Of a DNA stretch of 64,000 nt, positions 40,201 to 50,100 are shown in pieces. Made by a program: the position numbers and the translations under genes. The notes under the pieces are model-generated. The model did not search any database and was not told where the DNA came from. It worked only from the letters and a program-made list of their open reading frames with translations. This DNA is from a virus. Location: IMG/VR virus record IMGVR_UViG_3300022925_000005; one strand, given 5' to 3'. How positions within the stretch are numbered: position 1 is the stretch's first letter; every line of letters starts with the position of its first letter.

Positions 40201-40258
40201 CATCGGATACATCCTGCGGACGAACTACCCTTACCTTACCGCTTAATAATTGACTCAT
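28202..40258 (-). CDS. Giant fibre-like structural protein (4018 aa): tandem ~60-65-aa SGS repeats, ~1300-aa Gly-X-X tract, C-terminal fibre end domain
   Basis: Repeat unit SGSVTASVxPxxGFVVTSxxSGSTFxG...FSGSGAxLFDIP. The C-terminal TISFTN.P...FTLVL..GG...ITWP..V.WAGG.AP.LT..GTDIL.F.T.DGG domain is common at phage fibre ends. Confidence 0.75.
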   Translation of the reverse strand: MSQLLSGKVRVVRPQDVSDDRYEYLSLQEAEPNLGVPLSGSIQSGSVALIASDIDGNRLFITKIQLEEFSGSFSGSFAGDGSQLNNLPFSSQLISGSASASIAPNTGFLVNVSSSFDGDMDINGDVRVTGDLFVDNRIVAREILVEIVSSSIIFSSGSNRFGNTTGDLQEFTGSVGITGSLDVEGSTTISNDLVVSGSGTISGSLSIGNELVISGSGDISGSLKVGGDISTNNVTASYVSSSFFEGDGSRLFNLPAAAESTRIVDGNVTASVDNNDGFIVISVDSGSQFTGSLFVSGNIEINSGSSFSGSGANLFDIPKAALTPDALLSSFIVSGSVTASVDPNFGFRLEGTDRAEFSSSLFVSGGVSIKSGSSFSGSGENLFNIPRAALTPDALLSNLIVSGAVTASVTPEGGFLVTSVESGSTFSGSIFLSSGSFFSGSGEKLFNIPRSALTQDAQLSNLIVSGAVTASVTPDGGFLVTSVESGSTFSGSIFLSSGSFISGSGEQLFNIPLSALAEEVVAATKITEGDVTASVSNEDGFVVTSIDSGSTFFGDIQLQTGSFSGSGANLFDIPRAALTPDALLSSFIVSGSVTASVTPDDGFVVTSIESGSTFFGDVKVQTGSFSGSGANLFDIPRSALTQDALLSNLIVSGAITASVTPDDGFVVTSVESGSTFFGEVRVESGSAFSGSGEKLRDIPFSALSDDAQASITSLVSDESKILVSGSVTASVDANAGFIITSVASGSTFFGEVRVQSGSAFSGSGERLFDIPFSALSDDAQTSIISLVSDESKLLVSGSVTASVDAKNGFIVTSIASGSTFFGDVGVVSGSSFSGSGAKLTDIPFAAISVSSEDAFASVVAGDSKRLVTGSVTASVSKEDGFKVESIASGSTFFGDVKVQTGSFSGSGAQLFDIPRSALTQDALLSALIASGSVTASTEDNVFKVVSVDNGSIFSGSIQVDNAVTASGFKGSGRDLTDVVVTEMVSASVVADVSPDAGFRVTSQIVGSQFTGSVKTTTSITAGTFVSASTFKGSGAELTDIVVNEIVSGAVTATVAPNEGFVVTSAESGSTFVGSVDINGLLNVEGNVSASMFTGSGAGLFDIPRSALTEDALLTTEIVSGSVTASVSPNKGFVVTSADSGSQFTGSVSMDTSLSITDVIELGENGIIAEPGKVFSGSGAGLFDIPEAALSFEISKITSGSITASVTPDDGFVVTSIESGSTFFGDVKLQTGSFSGSGANLFNIPKSAISDLDTSLIFSGSVTASTHPENGFIVTSVDSGSTFFGEVRVQSGSSFSGSGANLFDIPKTALTEDALLSAFIASGSVTASTSPVDGFVVTSTDIGSTFFGEVRVESGSSFSGSGALLFDIPDTALSDEAQSAITALQSIDASKLATGSVTASVDPIDGFVVNSQVSGSTFFGDIQLTSGSFSGSGAKLFDIPRTALTPDALVSTLIASGSATASISPNLGFVVNTSSSIEGDLSVDNDLYVGGKITATELNVTFINSEVIYSSGSNTFGDKTSDRQEFTGSVNVSGSLNVDDGIISGDGSGLFNIPQSALTDDAVRISSGSVTASVSPEFGFRVESSLEGSEFTGSVSITGSVDVTNTITSQIVIADSISGSFSGSGKDLIDIPFSQLTGDAFRIASGSVTASVSPNNGFVVTSVDSGSTFSGSVSVDGNVTIPSGSGFFSGSGEGLFNIPQSAFSGDSFRIASGSVTASVSPNFGLKVESADSGSQFTGSLFVSGGISVNSGSTFSGSGAELFDIPLTALSIEAIEALISTEIKSGSVTASVSPDNGFIVTSVDSGSQFTGSINVTGSLVVSNDITTTILSASIVTADELSGSFSGSFEGDGSGLTNIQLANLSLEINQITSGSVTASVDPDTGFVVTSVENGSTFTGSIDVSGSITIDGIYTGDGSGLRNIDIANLAFDTTRIFTGSVTASVDAGGFFRVEDSNGPIKSEFSGSVYVSESVIARAFVGDGSQITNVQAAASPKIASGSATASVESGEFFIVNTFSGSQFTSSVDISGSLSASLFQGDGGGLFNIPLDALEDLELNIINSGSGFAEVDPERLLVNVPITASRYDGDGSGLFNIPAESLQDLKLDKIESGSAVAVISPNKGLEINVGVNVSQSLQVSGGIFVTGSDVVVASGSSFVGDGSGLSNINIANLAFETSLLESGSAFAQISPNLGLQINTSASISGGLSVEKNIYSPIINGGQITGSLYGGYYGEGDADDRDILIYDEARSKYVPVPESTPTLAEPFTNVTEVTIVHNFDVEYPIVQVYETGSNGMIIPQAIEPLNSNTVRVTFSGLTSGHVVVGTGGSKISGAISGDNVIGIVPSASRAISAATADIAQNVAGIDSASIALLNDLENFVRNEQTASMTVLSSSFALTASYALNAASSEGGDFIQSSQTSSMSVATSSYSFYALTASYALNAGEAGGGGDLNSDQTASMYVYSASFASIAEYALNAGGSGAGFPFEGYAELTGSLDISGSLVITGSTFIQNLETGSSDFVVTYNEVTGRLEKRDIEAAQGADGVDGSSGSSGTTGTAGSGGTSGSSGSSGTSGTSGTSGTNGTSGSSGSSGTSGTSGTSGTTGTSGTSGSSGSSGSSGSSGSSGSSGTSGTSGTSGSSGTSGTSGSSGSSGSGGTSGSSGSSGSSGSSGSSGTTGSAGTSGSSGSSGSSGSGGTSGSSGSSGSSGSSGSAGTSGSSGSSGSSGTSGSSGSSGSSGTSGSSGSSGSSGTAGSSGTSGSGGTSGTSGSSGTSGTSGSSGSSGTSGTSGSAGTSGSSGTSGTSGTSGSSGTSGTSGTSGTSGSSGTSGTSGSSGTSGTSGSSGSSGTSGTSGTSGSSGSSGSSGTSGTSGSSGSSGSSGTSGSSGSSGSSGTSGSSGSSGSSGSSGTSGTSGSTGSSGSSGTSGSSGSSGTSGSSGSSGTSGLSGSSGTSGTSGSSGSSGTSGSEGSSGTSGTSGSSGTSGEDGTSGTSGSAGTSGSSGSSGTSGTSGTSGTSGSSGTSGQAGSSGTSGTSGSSGTSGTSGTSGTSGTSGTSGTSGTDGTSGTSGSSGTSGTSGTTGSHGTSGTSGTSGTSGTDGTSGTSGSTGTDGTSGTSGTSGTSGTSGTSGTNGTSGSSGTSGSTGTDGTSGTSGISGSSGSSGTSGSSGSSGTSGSSGSAGTSGTSGSSGQDGTLFGSSGSSGTSGSSGSSGSSGSSGTTGTGGTSGVDGTFFGSSGSSGISGTSGSSGSSGTSGESGSAGTSGTSGVDGTFFGSSGSSGISGTSGSSGSSGTSGFGSSGTSGVSGTSGQDGTLFGSSGTSGEAGTSGSSGSTGTDGVSGSSGTSGISGTSGVDGTFFGSSGSSGTSGSSGSSGTSGLGSSGTSGTSGRDGTLFGSSGTTGTSGSSGSSGTSGLGSSGTSGISGTSGQDGTLFGSSGTSGVDGTSGSSGSSGTSGFGSSGTAGTSGRDGTLFGSSGSSGSSGTSGSSGTSGLGSSGTSGISGTSGLDGTLFGSSGTTGTSGSSGSSGTSGLGSNGTSGTSGQDGTLFGSSGSSGTAGSSGSSGTSGLGSSGTSGTSGRDGTLFGSSGTTGTSGVSGSSGTSGLDGLIGSNGTSGTGGTSGRDGTLFGSSGTSGTSGVSGSSGTSGLGSDGTSGVSGTSGLDGTLFGSSGTSGTNGTSGQSGSSGTSGVGSSGTSGASGTSGRDGTLFGSSGSSGTNGTSGIDGSSGTSGIGSSGTSGVSGTSGQDGTLFGSSGSSGTSGAGSSGTSGLSGSDGTSGISGTSGLDGTLFGTSGSSGTSGAGSSGTSGITGSNGTSGSSGLDGTNFGSAGSSGSSGTSGESGVDGTNGVDGTNGSAGSHGSSGSSGTSINQNGTTDDGVVRWDNTNNYQYVNTDLVYDGTTLSVVGDVNLSGDLIASGEVSGSTSIHTKNFVELYSTLGTGGSTSIDLTSANNFEYTVNTTSTISFTNSPAAPKAFGFTLVLNNGGSQAITWPAGVLWAGGVAPALTAAGTDILVFYTYDGGVSYYGFLSAANMS
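28710..32660 (-). repeat. About 1300-aa Gly-Ser/Thr-Ser tract, with about 17 DGT(L/F)FG interruptions in its distal part
   Basis: Seen directly in the translation. Confidence 0.9.
33650..40050 (-). repeat. Tandem ~60-65-aa SGS repeats (roughly 30 or more copies)
   Basis: Recurrent SGSVTASV / SGSTF / FSGSG / LFDIP motifs. The DNA word ccactaccactaaa recurs throughout. The copy number is an estimate. Confidence 0.85.
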
Positions 40259-40280
40259 CTATTATTCTTCAACTTAAATA

Positions 40281-41147
40281 TTACTCATTAGCACTTTCCA
40301 AAATAGAAAGTACAACTTTTAAATCCTGCGAACCCGAAAATACTAATGCAAAATCTTGCTCTAAAACCAATTTACCAGCAACAACTGGAGATAGTGAATC
40401 ACCTATTGGTATTGGGTAATTACTAATAAACTCAATTTGTTCTTGTGGTTGTGTTACCGGGTCGTATATTGTATCTGCGATAATTGTAAGTAAATCGGAA
40501 ACTAATGTAGCAGAGCCACTTTCAATAACTATATTTGTATCATATGATTGAGTAAATGTTGTTTGATATAATCTCTCAACATCACCAGAACCAGTAACTG
40601 ATTGATTTAGTAAAATTTGTTGTGAAAGTATATTTGCATATGTGATAGCATCATATGATGATGTTAATTGAGCCTCATCAGTAATTAAACTTACACCATT
40701 TTTATCATAGAATGATAATGCAGCTTTTTTAGTTCGTAATGTACCACCATTCTCTATATCATATAAAATACCATCAAATGCGGTATTTATTCTTTCTTCA
40801 AATATTGAAGATGTAAATGAGAATGGAATATCTTGTAAATTGTTTTGAAATCCAACGTATGCTGCGGCTTCTTTTTCAATATAAGTTCTATTAATTTCCA
40901 ATAATGCCGAAGCACTATAAAAACTACCAGTATTTACCACATTTTGTAATTGTGGTTCTGGTATTTCTCTATTTGAATCTAATTTTATAGTTACTTCCTC
41001 TGTTTGCGAATTACTATTGTTAGTAATCTGAGCTGATAGAACAATCGTGGAAACTCCCGTAGGAGTTGAATATACGATATCATCTTCACCTGTCAGAGTT
41101 GTTACTACCGATTTAAACGCATTTAGCGGTACAAATACATCTGCCAT
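40281..41147 (-). CDS. Adaptor-type virion protein with an inserted degenerate helical repeat
   Basis: Both termini resemble the 110-aa protein at 26135-26467. The middle (LLEINRTYIEKEAAAYV...DGILYDIENGG) resembles the repeats of the upstream giant protein but lacks the Cys. Confidence 0.6.
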   Translation of the reverse strand: MADVFVPLNAFKSVVTTLTGEDDIVYSTPTGVSTIVLSAQITNNSNSQTEEVTIKLDSNREIPEPQLQNVVNTGSFYSASALLEINRTYIEKEAAAYVGFQNNLQDIPFSFTSSIFEERINTAFDGILYDIENGGTLRTKKAALSFYDKNGVSLITDEAQLTSSYDAITYANILSQQILLNQSVTGSGDVERLYQTTFTQSYDTNIVIESGSATLVSDLLTIIADTIYDPVTQPQEQIEFISNYPIPIGDSLSPVVAGKLVLEQDFALVFSGSQDLKVVLSILESANE

Positions 41148-41165
41148 TTTATTGTCTTTTTCCTA

Positions 41166-41174
41166 TATAAATAT
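41166..41174 (-). promoter_or_regulatory. Candidate phage late promoter (ATATTTATA)
   Basis: Motif about 19 nt upstream of the ATG at 41147. Confidence 0.55.
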
Positions 41175-41188
41175 TACCTTTTTAATTA

Positions 41189-44100
41189 TTACCCTTCCAA
41201 TGCGAGAGAGAATGGTGTAACTAATGAGAATAATGAACGAGAGAATGTTCTACCCTGCAACGTACCAGTTGCCTGATTAATCACAAGTCCCGTACCAATT
41301 CTAAAGTCACCAAGTTCGTTACCTGAAGTAAAGAACACTCTACCACCCGCAATTTCCGTAATTTCTTTATCAGGGTCAGGTATACCAGCACCACCCTGAT
41401 TAGGAGGTAATGCTTTATAAGTTACACCAGAACCAGCGTATGAGAAATCATGTCCAGTTGTAATAATTAATGAACCAAATTCTTCCAATGGTGAGTTTCT
41501 CACAATTCGTTGGAATTGGGTTCTTAAATATCTATTAACATCAGCAGTTTCGTATTGTTGATTGGTAATTACCTCTGCAGCTGAACCATACACACCAGTG
41601 TAATATGATTCTGCAGCTGCGATACTTCTTTCATTACCACCATAGTATAAATCAGTTGCAATTGCATCTACAATGAATCCAGTATCTCTATAACATTTTT
41701 CTTCGTTATATTCAAACCCTGGAAATGCCCCATTAGTGTAAGAAATTGCAATTGATTGTAATTCTTTTTTACTAGCTATCAAATAATCAACTGATTCTCT
41801 CGTTTGGAATGGTGCTCTAACTAATTGTTCTTTAAGAATTACCTTTTCAGATAAACCTTTAGCGAAATCAATACCATCAGTTGTTTGTGGTTTTTGTTCC
41901 GTTGTTGCTACTGAAGGAATATAGTAGTAGAATGTTCCCGCTTGTACACTTCTCTCATTTCCACCATAAACCAAATCGGTTCTAACGGCATCTATGATAT
42001 ATCCTAAATCTCTACTACAACTCGCTTCATTATATTCAAATTCACTCCAAGATGAACTTAGGAATGCGATTGTTTCTTTTTGAATAAGTTCTTTATTACC
42101 AACCAACAAATCAGCACCTACTAATACGGATGCAGATGGTTGTACAAATGGTTCGTTTTTAATTACTTTAGTTGATAACTTACCAGCGTATCTAATACCA
42201 TCAACAGTTGGGTCTAATTGAGCCGTTGTTGAAGGAACACCCTTTTCAGTTGCCGAAGATGGGAATAAGTAGTAGAACGAACCAGCCGTTACACTTCTTT
42301 CATTACCACCATAATACATATCGGTTGCGGCTGCATCAATTAAGTAACCAACATCTCTTTTACATTTATCCTCATTGTAGAATACACCACTCCAAGACGA
42401 AGATACATAAGCGATTACCTCATTTTGGATAAACTCTTTATTATCTCTTAATAAATTCCAAGAAGATGATACTTCGTTTGATGAAGTTACAAATTCGATG
42501 TTCTGAACTAACTTTTGTGAAATACCATTAGCGTATCTAATACCATCAATAGTAGGATACAATTGTGCGTTCACATTAGGTGATTCGCTTCCAGCAACAG
42601 TTGCAGATGATGGGAATTTGTAATAGAATTCACCAGCGGTTCTACTTCTTTCATTTCCACCATAAAGTAAATCAGTTGCTACTGCATCTACAATATACCC
42701 AGTATCTCTACTACAACTTGCTTCATTGTATTCAAAATTACTCCAAGATGATGAAATATATGATATAACTTCATTTTGAATGAATAATCTATTGTTTAGT
42801 AAAGTTTCGTTACCAGCAATTCTTTCAACCGATGGTGATACGAATACTTCATTCACAATTATCTTTTCTGCCAAATCACCAGCATATTCTATACCAGTTG
42901 TAGTTGGTTCCAATTCAGATGTTGTAGCGTTCGATGGATATCTATAATAGAAATCACCAGCGGTTACACTTCTTTCATTTCCACCATAAAGGATATCGGT
43001 TGCGATAGCATCTACGATATAACCAACATCTCTCTTACAAGTTTCCTCATTGTATCCAAATGTACTCCAAGAAGAAGATATGTAAGCGATTGATTCTGAT
43101 TGAATGAACTCTTTGTTATCTCTTAATAAGTTATAAGATGTAACGTTCTCTATTGAAGAAGTTACATATGTTACACTTTGTATAATGTTGTTAGCCAATC
43201 TACTAGCGTATCTAATTCCATCCAAAGTTTGATTCAACTGAGAACCAGTTGCATCTGATGGATATAGGTAGTAAAATTCACCATTAGTTACTGATGCTGA
43301 TACTGAACCGAATAGTAAATCTTCAGCTGCCCCACTTACTATTAAACCAACATCTCTACTACAACTTGCTTCGTTGTATGCAAATCCACTCCAAGAAGAA
43401 GAAATATATGCAATTACTTCAGATTGTATAAATGGAATGTTAGATTTTAATAATGAATATGCTTCAGAAACCTCAGTATCATTTAAAGATTGAGTATATT
43501 CAGAAATAGTTGGTAAAGAACCAATTCCATTAAGTACAATATCCATTACTATACCAAATGAAGAACTTACAGCGTTTAATGTATATTCATCCGATGTACC
43601 AACTCCCAATGTTTGAGTTGCTGATGTTACTTTGATGTTGTTTGCTGAGTTTTCAGTTAGAGTTGGAATAGATAATGTATTCTTTAATACAATTTCTTTC
43701 ACCAAATCAGATGCGTAAGTAACTGCATCAGTAGTTTCACCCAACTGAACGTTGGTTGCCTGTGATGGGAATCTATAATAGAACTCACCAGCAGTTAAAC
43801 TTCTTTGGTTACCACCCCATCTTAAATCAGTTGCCACTGCATCTACTATAAATCCAGTATCTCTCTTACAACTAGCTTCGTTGTATTGTAGGTTTGGATA
43901 TTTTGCGTTTACGAATGCAATAGTTTCGTTTTGGATAAACTCTCTATTCAATCTAAGTGCATCGTAAACATATTCAACTTCATTTGATGATGTTACAAAT
44001 ACCGAACCACCAACTAATTTAGTTACCAAACCACTTACATAATTGATTGCAGTTACGGTTGGGTCTTTTTGTTGAGTTGCTGATGGAACTCCACCTACGA

Positions 44101-47100
44101 TAGCCGAAGATGGGTACTCATAGTAATATCTACCAGCAGTTACACTTCGTTCGTTTCCTCCGTAAAGAAGGTCAGTTGCTACCGCATCTACTATGTATCT
44201 TACATCTCTACCACAAGTGTTTTGATTGTAATCAAAATCACTCCAAGAAGATGATACAAATTGAATAGATTCGGATACAATAAATTCTTTATTTTCAACT
44301 AATAAATTGTATGAAGAAGATACTTCAGCAGATGCCGTTACATATTCGTAGTTTCTTACAATATTTTGTACCAAATTACTTGCGTATCTAATAGCGGTTA
44401 CAGTCTGGTCTAATTGTGAACCAGTTGCATCCGATGGATACTCAAAGTAGAATTTGGTATTTACAATTGATGCAGAATTTGAGTTATTAATTAAATCTTC
44501 AGCTGCCCCACTTACTATTAAACCAACATCTCTACTACAACTTGCCTCATTGTACACAAAATTACTCCAAGAAGAACTCATAAATTGAATAGTTTCTTCT
44601 TTGATAAATTCGATGTTTTCTTTTATCAAATTGTAAGCCAATACAGTCTTAGGTGCATCAACTCTTTCAGTATATTCTATGATAGTTGGTAATGAACCAG
44701 TTCCGTTTGTTAAACCATCTATAACTAATCCAAATGAAGATGATACAATCTTAGATTGAATCTTATCAGCTCCACTTGCTGAAACGTATTGTTCAACTGA
44801 ACCTACTTTGATTAGGTTATTTATGTTTGTATTGTTTTCAACAATTGTTGGTAATACGGATAACCCATTTTGAACAATGTTTTCAACAATAGCAACACTA
44901 CCACTTACCTTTGTAATTTCAGCTGATGTTCCACTAAGTGAAGATGTAAACTGAGTTAGGTTAGTTACTTTGATTGTATTTTCAGTATTCAATACCAACG
45001 TTGGTAGGATATCTATTCCGTTTTCGATAATATCATTTATTTGTAAGAATGAAGAACTTACGATTGCTAATTCGTTTCCAACTTCATAATCTCCACTAGC
45101 AGTAACATATCTACCAGTTGTTAGATTTTGAGGAGTATCTAATTCGGATGTTTGGAAGTTTTTAGCGATTGCGAATGGAATGTTATCAGAACCTAATCTG
45201 ATTACATCATTGATTAAATCAATACTAGCAGATACAATTCCAATTTGAGTTCCTTTATTCTTAGATGAAACCTCTGTCAATCTTTGAGCGTATTCAATTC
45301 CAGCTACAGTTTCTTCAATTTGATATCCGGTTGCCTGAGATGGATATAGGTAATAGAATCTACCCGCTTCAATACTTCTTTCGTTACCCCCATAGAATAA
45401 ATCGGTTGCAACTGCATCAATGATATATCCAACATCTCTACTACACTTACTCTCATTGTATTGGTGAGTTGGGAAAGATGATGATAAGTATGCAATCACT
45501 TTAGATTGGATAGTTGATTTATCATCTAAGATTGAATTGTAAGAATTTACAACTGATGTTGATGGATTAGAAAGGGTTGTATTTTGAACCACTTTTTGTA
45601 CCAATCTACCAGCATAATTGATACCATCTAAAGTTTGGATTAGTTCAGAACCAGTTGCGTTTGATGGATACAAATAATAGTATTCACCCGCCTTATTAGT
45701 TCTTTCATTACCACCATAGAGGATATCGGTTCTTACTGCATCGATGATGTATCCAACATCTCTCTTACAAGTTGTTTCGTTGTAAGAATGCCCACTCCAA
45801 GATGAAGATAGGTATGCTATTGTTTCATTTTGGATAAGTTCAGTATTATCTCTTAATAAGTCAAATGCTGCAATTCTTGCAGTTGATGGAGATTCGAATA
45901 CAACATTTTGGATAAGTTTTTGTGCCAATCTACTTGCGTAGAATACTCCATCCAAAGTTTGATTCAATTGTGCACCTTGAGCTTGCGATGGGAATAAGTA
46001 GTAATAGTATCCATTCATTATGGATGCTGAATTACTATTCCAAATTAAATCTTCAGCTGCTCCACTTACAATCAATGAAACATCTCTACTACAACTTGCT
46101 TCGTTGTATGAAGCTGTTGACCAAGATGAAGATAAGTAAGCAATAGTTTCGGATTGGATAAATCCAATATTTTGTTTTAATATTTCGTATGCAGCTAATG
46201 TGTTAACATCAGTCGATGGAGTTGTGTATTCGATTATAGTTGGTAATGAACCAGTTCCATTCTGAATAATATCAGTTACAATCGATATTGATTCGGATAT
46301 TGCAGTTACATCAGATGAGTTACCACCTACACCTCCTATGTATTGAGAAACATTTCCAACTTTAATATTTCCAGCGGTGTTGTAAACAATCGTTTCTAAT
46401 TCATCAACACCACCCTCAACAATTCTTTCAACCAATGCGAATGAAGAACTTACTTTGGTAATTTCAGTTGCTCCAGCAGCAGATGCTGATGTGATTTGGG
46501 TTGTAGATGTTGCCTTAATATTTCCATTTGTATTTTCAACCAATGTAGGTATTACTTCAACACCATTTTGTAAAATATCCAATACAACAGCGTATGATGA
46601 ACTTACAAGTTGTTCGTTTGCCGATACAGATTCCGTTACTTGGGTTGCATCAGTTACTTTTGTTAGAGATTCAATATTTTTGAATTCAGTTGGTAATGAT
46701 ACCAGTCCATTCTGAATCGTATCAACTACAACTGAGAATGATGAACTTATATCAGTTAAACTACTTCCACTAATTGCAAGTGAACCACTATATTGTTCAG
46801 TATCGTTAAATCTAATATTATTATTAGTATTCAATGAAATTGATGGAACTACTAATTCAACATTCGTAATTAGTTTGTTTACAATTAATTTGGCGTATTC
46901 AATAGCCATTGTAGTTTCAGTCAACTCTAATGAAGTTGTTTTAGATGGATATCTATAATAGTAATCCCCAGCTACAATACTTCTTTCATTACCACCCCAT
47001 AGTAAATCAGTTGCAACAGCATCAATTATATATCCAACATCTCTTCTACACTTAACTCTATCATAAGTAAAGTATGGATATAATTGGTCTATAAATTCAG

Positions 47101-50100
47101 TTACGTTATTTTGTATCAACTCCTTATTATCCAACATTGAATTATATGCGGATATCGTTTCCGAATCTGCGTTTACCAACAATGTGCTTTGAATAATCTT
47201 ATCAGCCAATCCAGCGGCATGTGTAATACCAGTTATTGTTTGGTCTGATTGTATCGTTGTTGCCTCAGATGGGAATAGGTAATAGAACTCACCAGCGGTA
47301 ACACTTCGTTCGTTACCACCATATAAAACATCAGTTGCTACCGCATCTACGATATAACCAACATCTCTTCTACACTTAATATCATCGTATTGGAAGTTAC
47401 TCCAAGAAGAACTCATAAATGAGATTACTTCACTTTGAATTAACTCCCTATTATCAACCATTAAACTATGAACAGTCTGTCTTTCAATTGAAGCAGTTAC
47501 TAAGGTTACATTGTTTATTAATTTGTTTGTCAATCTTTGAGCGTACTTAACACCATCAACAGTTGGGTATAATTGTGCATCTACGTTTGGAGATTCACTA
47601 CCACTTACAGTTGCTGAAGATGGGTATAGATAATAGAACTCACCGGCCTTACTACTTCTTTCATTTCCACCATAGTAGAAATCAGTTGTAACTGCATCTA
47701 AGATGTATCCTACATCTCTACTACAACTTGCTTCATTGTATTCAAAATTTGACCAAGAAGAAGAAATATATGCAATTACTTCATTTTGTACTAAACTTCT
47801 ATTTTCAGAAATTAGATTAGATACTTCAATCGTTTGTTGAGAAGCCGTTACAAATACATTATTTTGTAATAACTCAATTGAAAGATTTTTAGCATATCCA
47901 ACTCCATCTATCGTTGGGTCTAATTGTGATGTTGTTGCTGTTGATGGATATAGATAATAGAACTCACCGGCTTTATTACTACGTTCGTTTCCACCATACA
48001 GTAAATCAGTTGCCACAGCATCTATAATATAACCAACATCCCTTCTACAAGTTACATCATTATATTCGAACTCACTCCAAGAAGATGAAATGTATTCAGT
48101 TACTTCATTTTGTATAAATTCTTTATTATTAAATAATAAATCATATCCATTTGTTCTACTAAATGGTGCTGCCGCAAATTGATTACCAACTACAATGTTT
48201 TCAACCAATCTTCGTGCATAATTGATACCATCCTTTGTTTGGTCTAATTGTGAGCTTGTAGCTTCAGATGGGTATTGATAATAGAATACACCAGCGTTTA
48301 AACTTCTTTCATTTCCACCATATAGTAAATCCGTTGATACGGCATCTATAATATGACCAACATCTCTCTTACAAGTAACTTCGTTATAATCAAATGTACT
48401 CCAAGAAGAAGATAAGTAAGAAATAGTTTCCTCTTTTATGAATTCTCTATTATTTCTTATTAAATTATATGATGCTGATACTTCAGTTGATGCAGTTACA
48501 AACTCAATGTTTTGGATTAAGTTCTGAGTTAATTTACTAGCATATTCAATACCATCCAAAGTTTGATTTAGTTGTGAAGTTTCTGCCTCAGATGGATATT
48601 CTAAATAGAATTTACCATTTACAATAGATGATGAATAAACACCATATAATAAATCTTCAGCTGCCCCACTTACTATTAAACCAACATCCCTACTACAACT
48701 AGCTTCATTGTATGAAGCAGTACTCCAAGATGAAGATAGATAAGCTATTGTTTCATTTTGAATAAATGGTATATTTTCTTTTATAATTTCATACGCTGCA
48801 ATAGTAGATGGATTCGTTGAAATCGCACCATAATTACTTGCGGTTAAATATGAACCACTACCATATGATATTATAGAACTTACAATTGAAATTGATGAAG
48901 ATACAAAACTTATATCTTCTAAACTACCACTCAATGAACCAGTAAATTGTTCAGCTGAATAGAATTTAATATTTGAATTTGTATTTGAAACTTCGATGGG
49001 TAATGAATCTATACCCTTTCCTAATATATCTAATACGATAGCAAATGATGAACTTACGTTAACAACTTCAGTATTACTACCACTTAACGAAGAAGTAATT
49101 TGTGTTACTGAACTTACTTTGATTAAATCAGTTGTGTTTTCAATTAACGTTGGAATTGAACCCGTTCCATTTTGTATCACATTCATCACATTATTAAATG
49201 ATGATGTGATTGTATTAATTATACCATCAGTAGAATCAACCGATGATGTATATTGAGTAAGTGATGTTTTTTTAATATTACCACTTGCGTTTTTAGAAAT
49301 TGTTGGTATAACACCAACACCATTCGATAAGATATCAATCACATTTGAGAATGATGAACTTATATCAAATGATTCACTAATCGATGCAGTTACTTCAGAT
49401 GAATATTGTGAAAGGTCGGTTACCTTAATATTATCAACATTATTTGTAATAACCTCAAACGAACCCAATGATGGAACATTAACGTATCTCTGAGTATCCG
49501 ATAGTGGTAACTCATCTACGATGTTAATTACACCACCTGCATTTATATCATTACCATTTACATAAAATAGGGTATCAGGTGCATCAAATGGTACAATAAA
49601 TGTAATAGTTCCAAATGTAGTACCATTGTTAGTTACCCCACTATTATATCTATATTTTGAATCAATACTTCGTTGAGTTGTTATGAAGAATGGTTCAGTT
49701 TCGGTAGGGATTGCATTTATATTATTTAATGAGTTTATTGAGAATGTGTATAAATCACCTCTCTTTAAAGTAAGAGTCGGGTCTTTAACACTATCATCAA
49801 ATGAACCAGTATTTTCACCCAATATTCTACCATCAACATCATCGAATTTTTGAAGTTGTGTTTTGTTTATATTAAAACTACCATCTTCTAATGTTACCAC
49901 CTCAAAGTAAGTAGATGTATCGGATGAACCAACTATACTCAAACTACCACTAATACCATATTTTATTATATCAGATACTATTGAGAATGATGATGATACT
50001 TTAGATATATTTGAAGAATCTACTGAAATTGATGATGTTATTTGTACACCATCTCCAAACAAAATACCTGCTTCAGTATTCTTTACTAAAGTTATATCAG

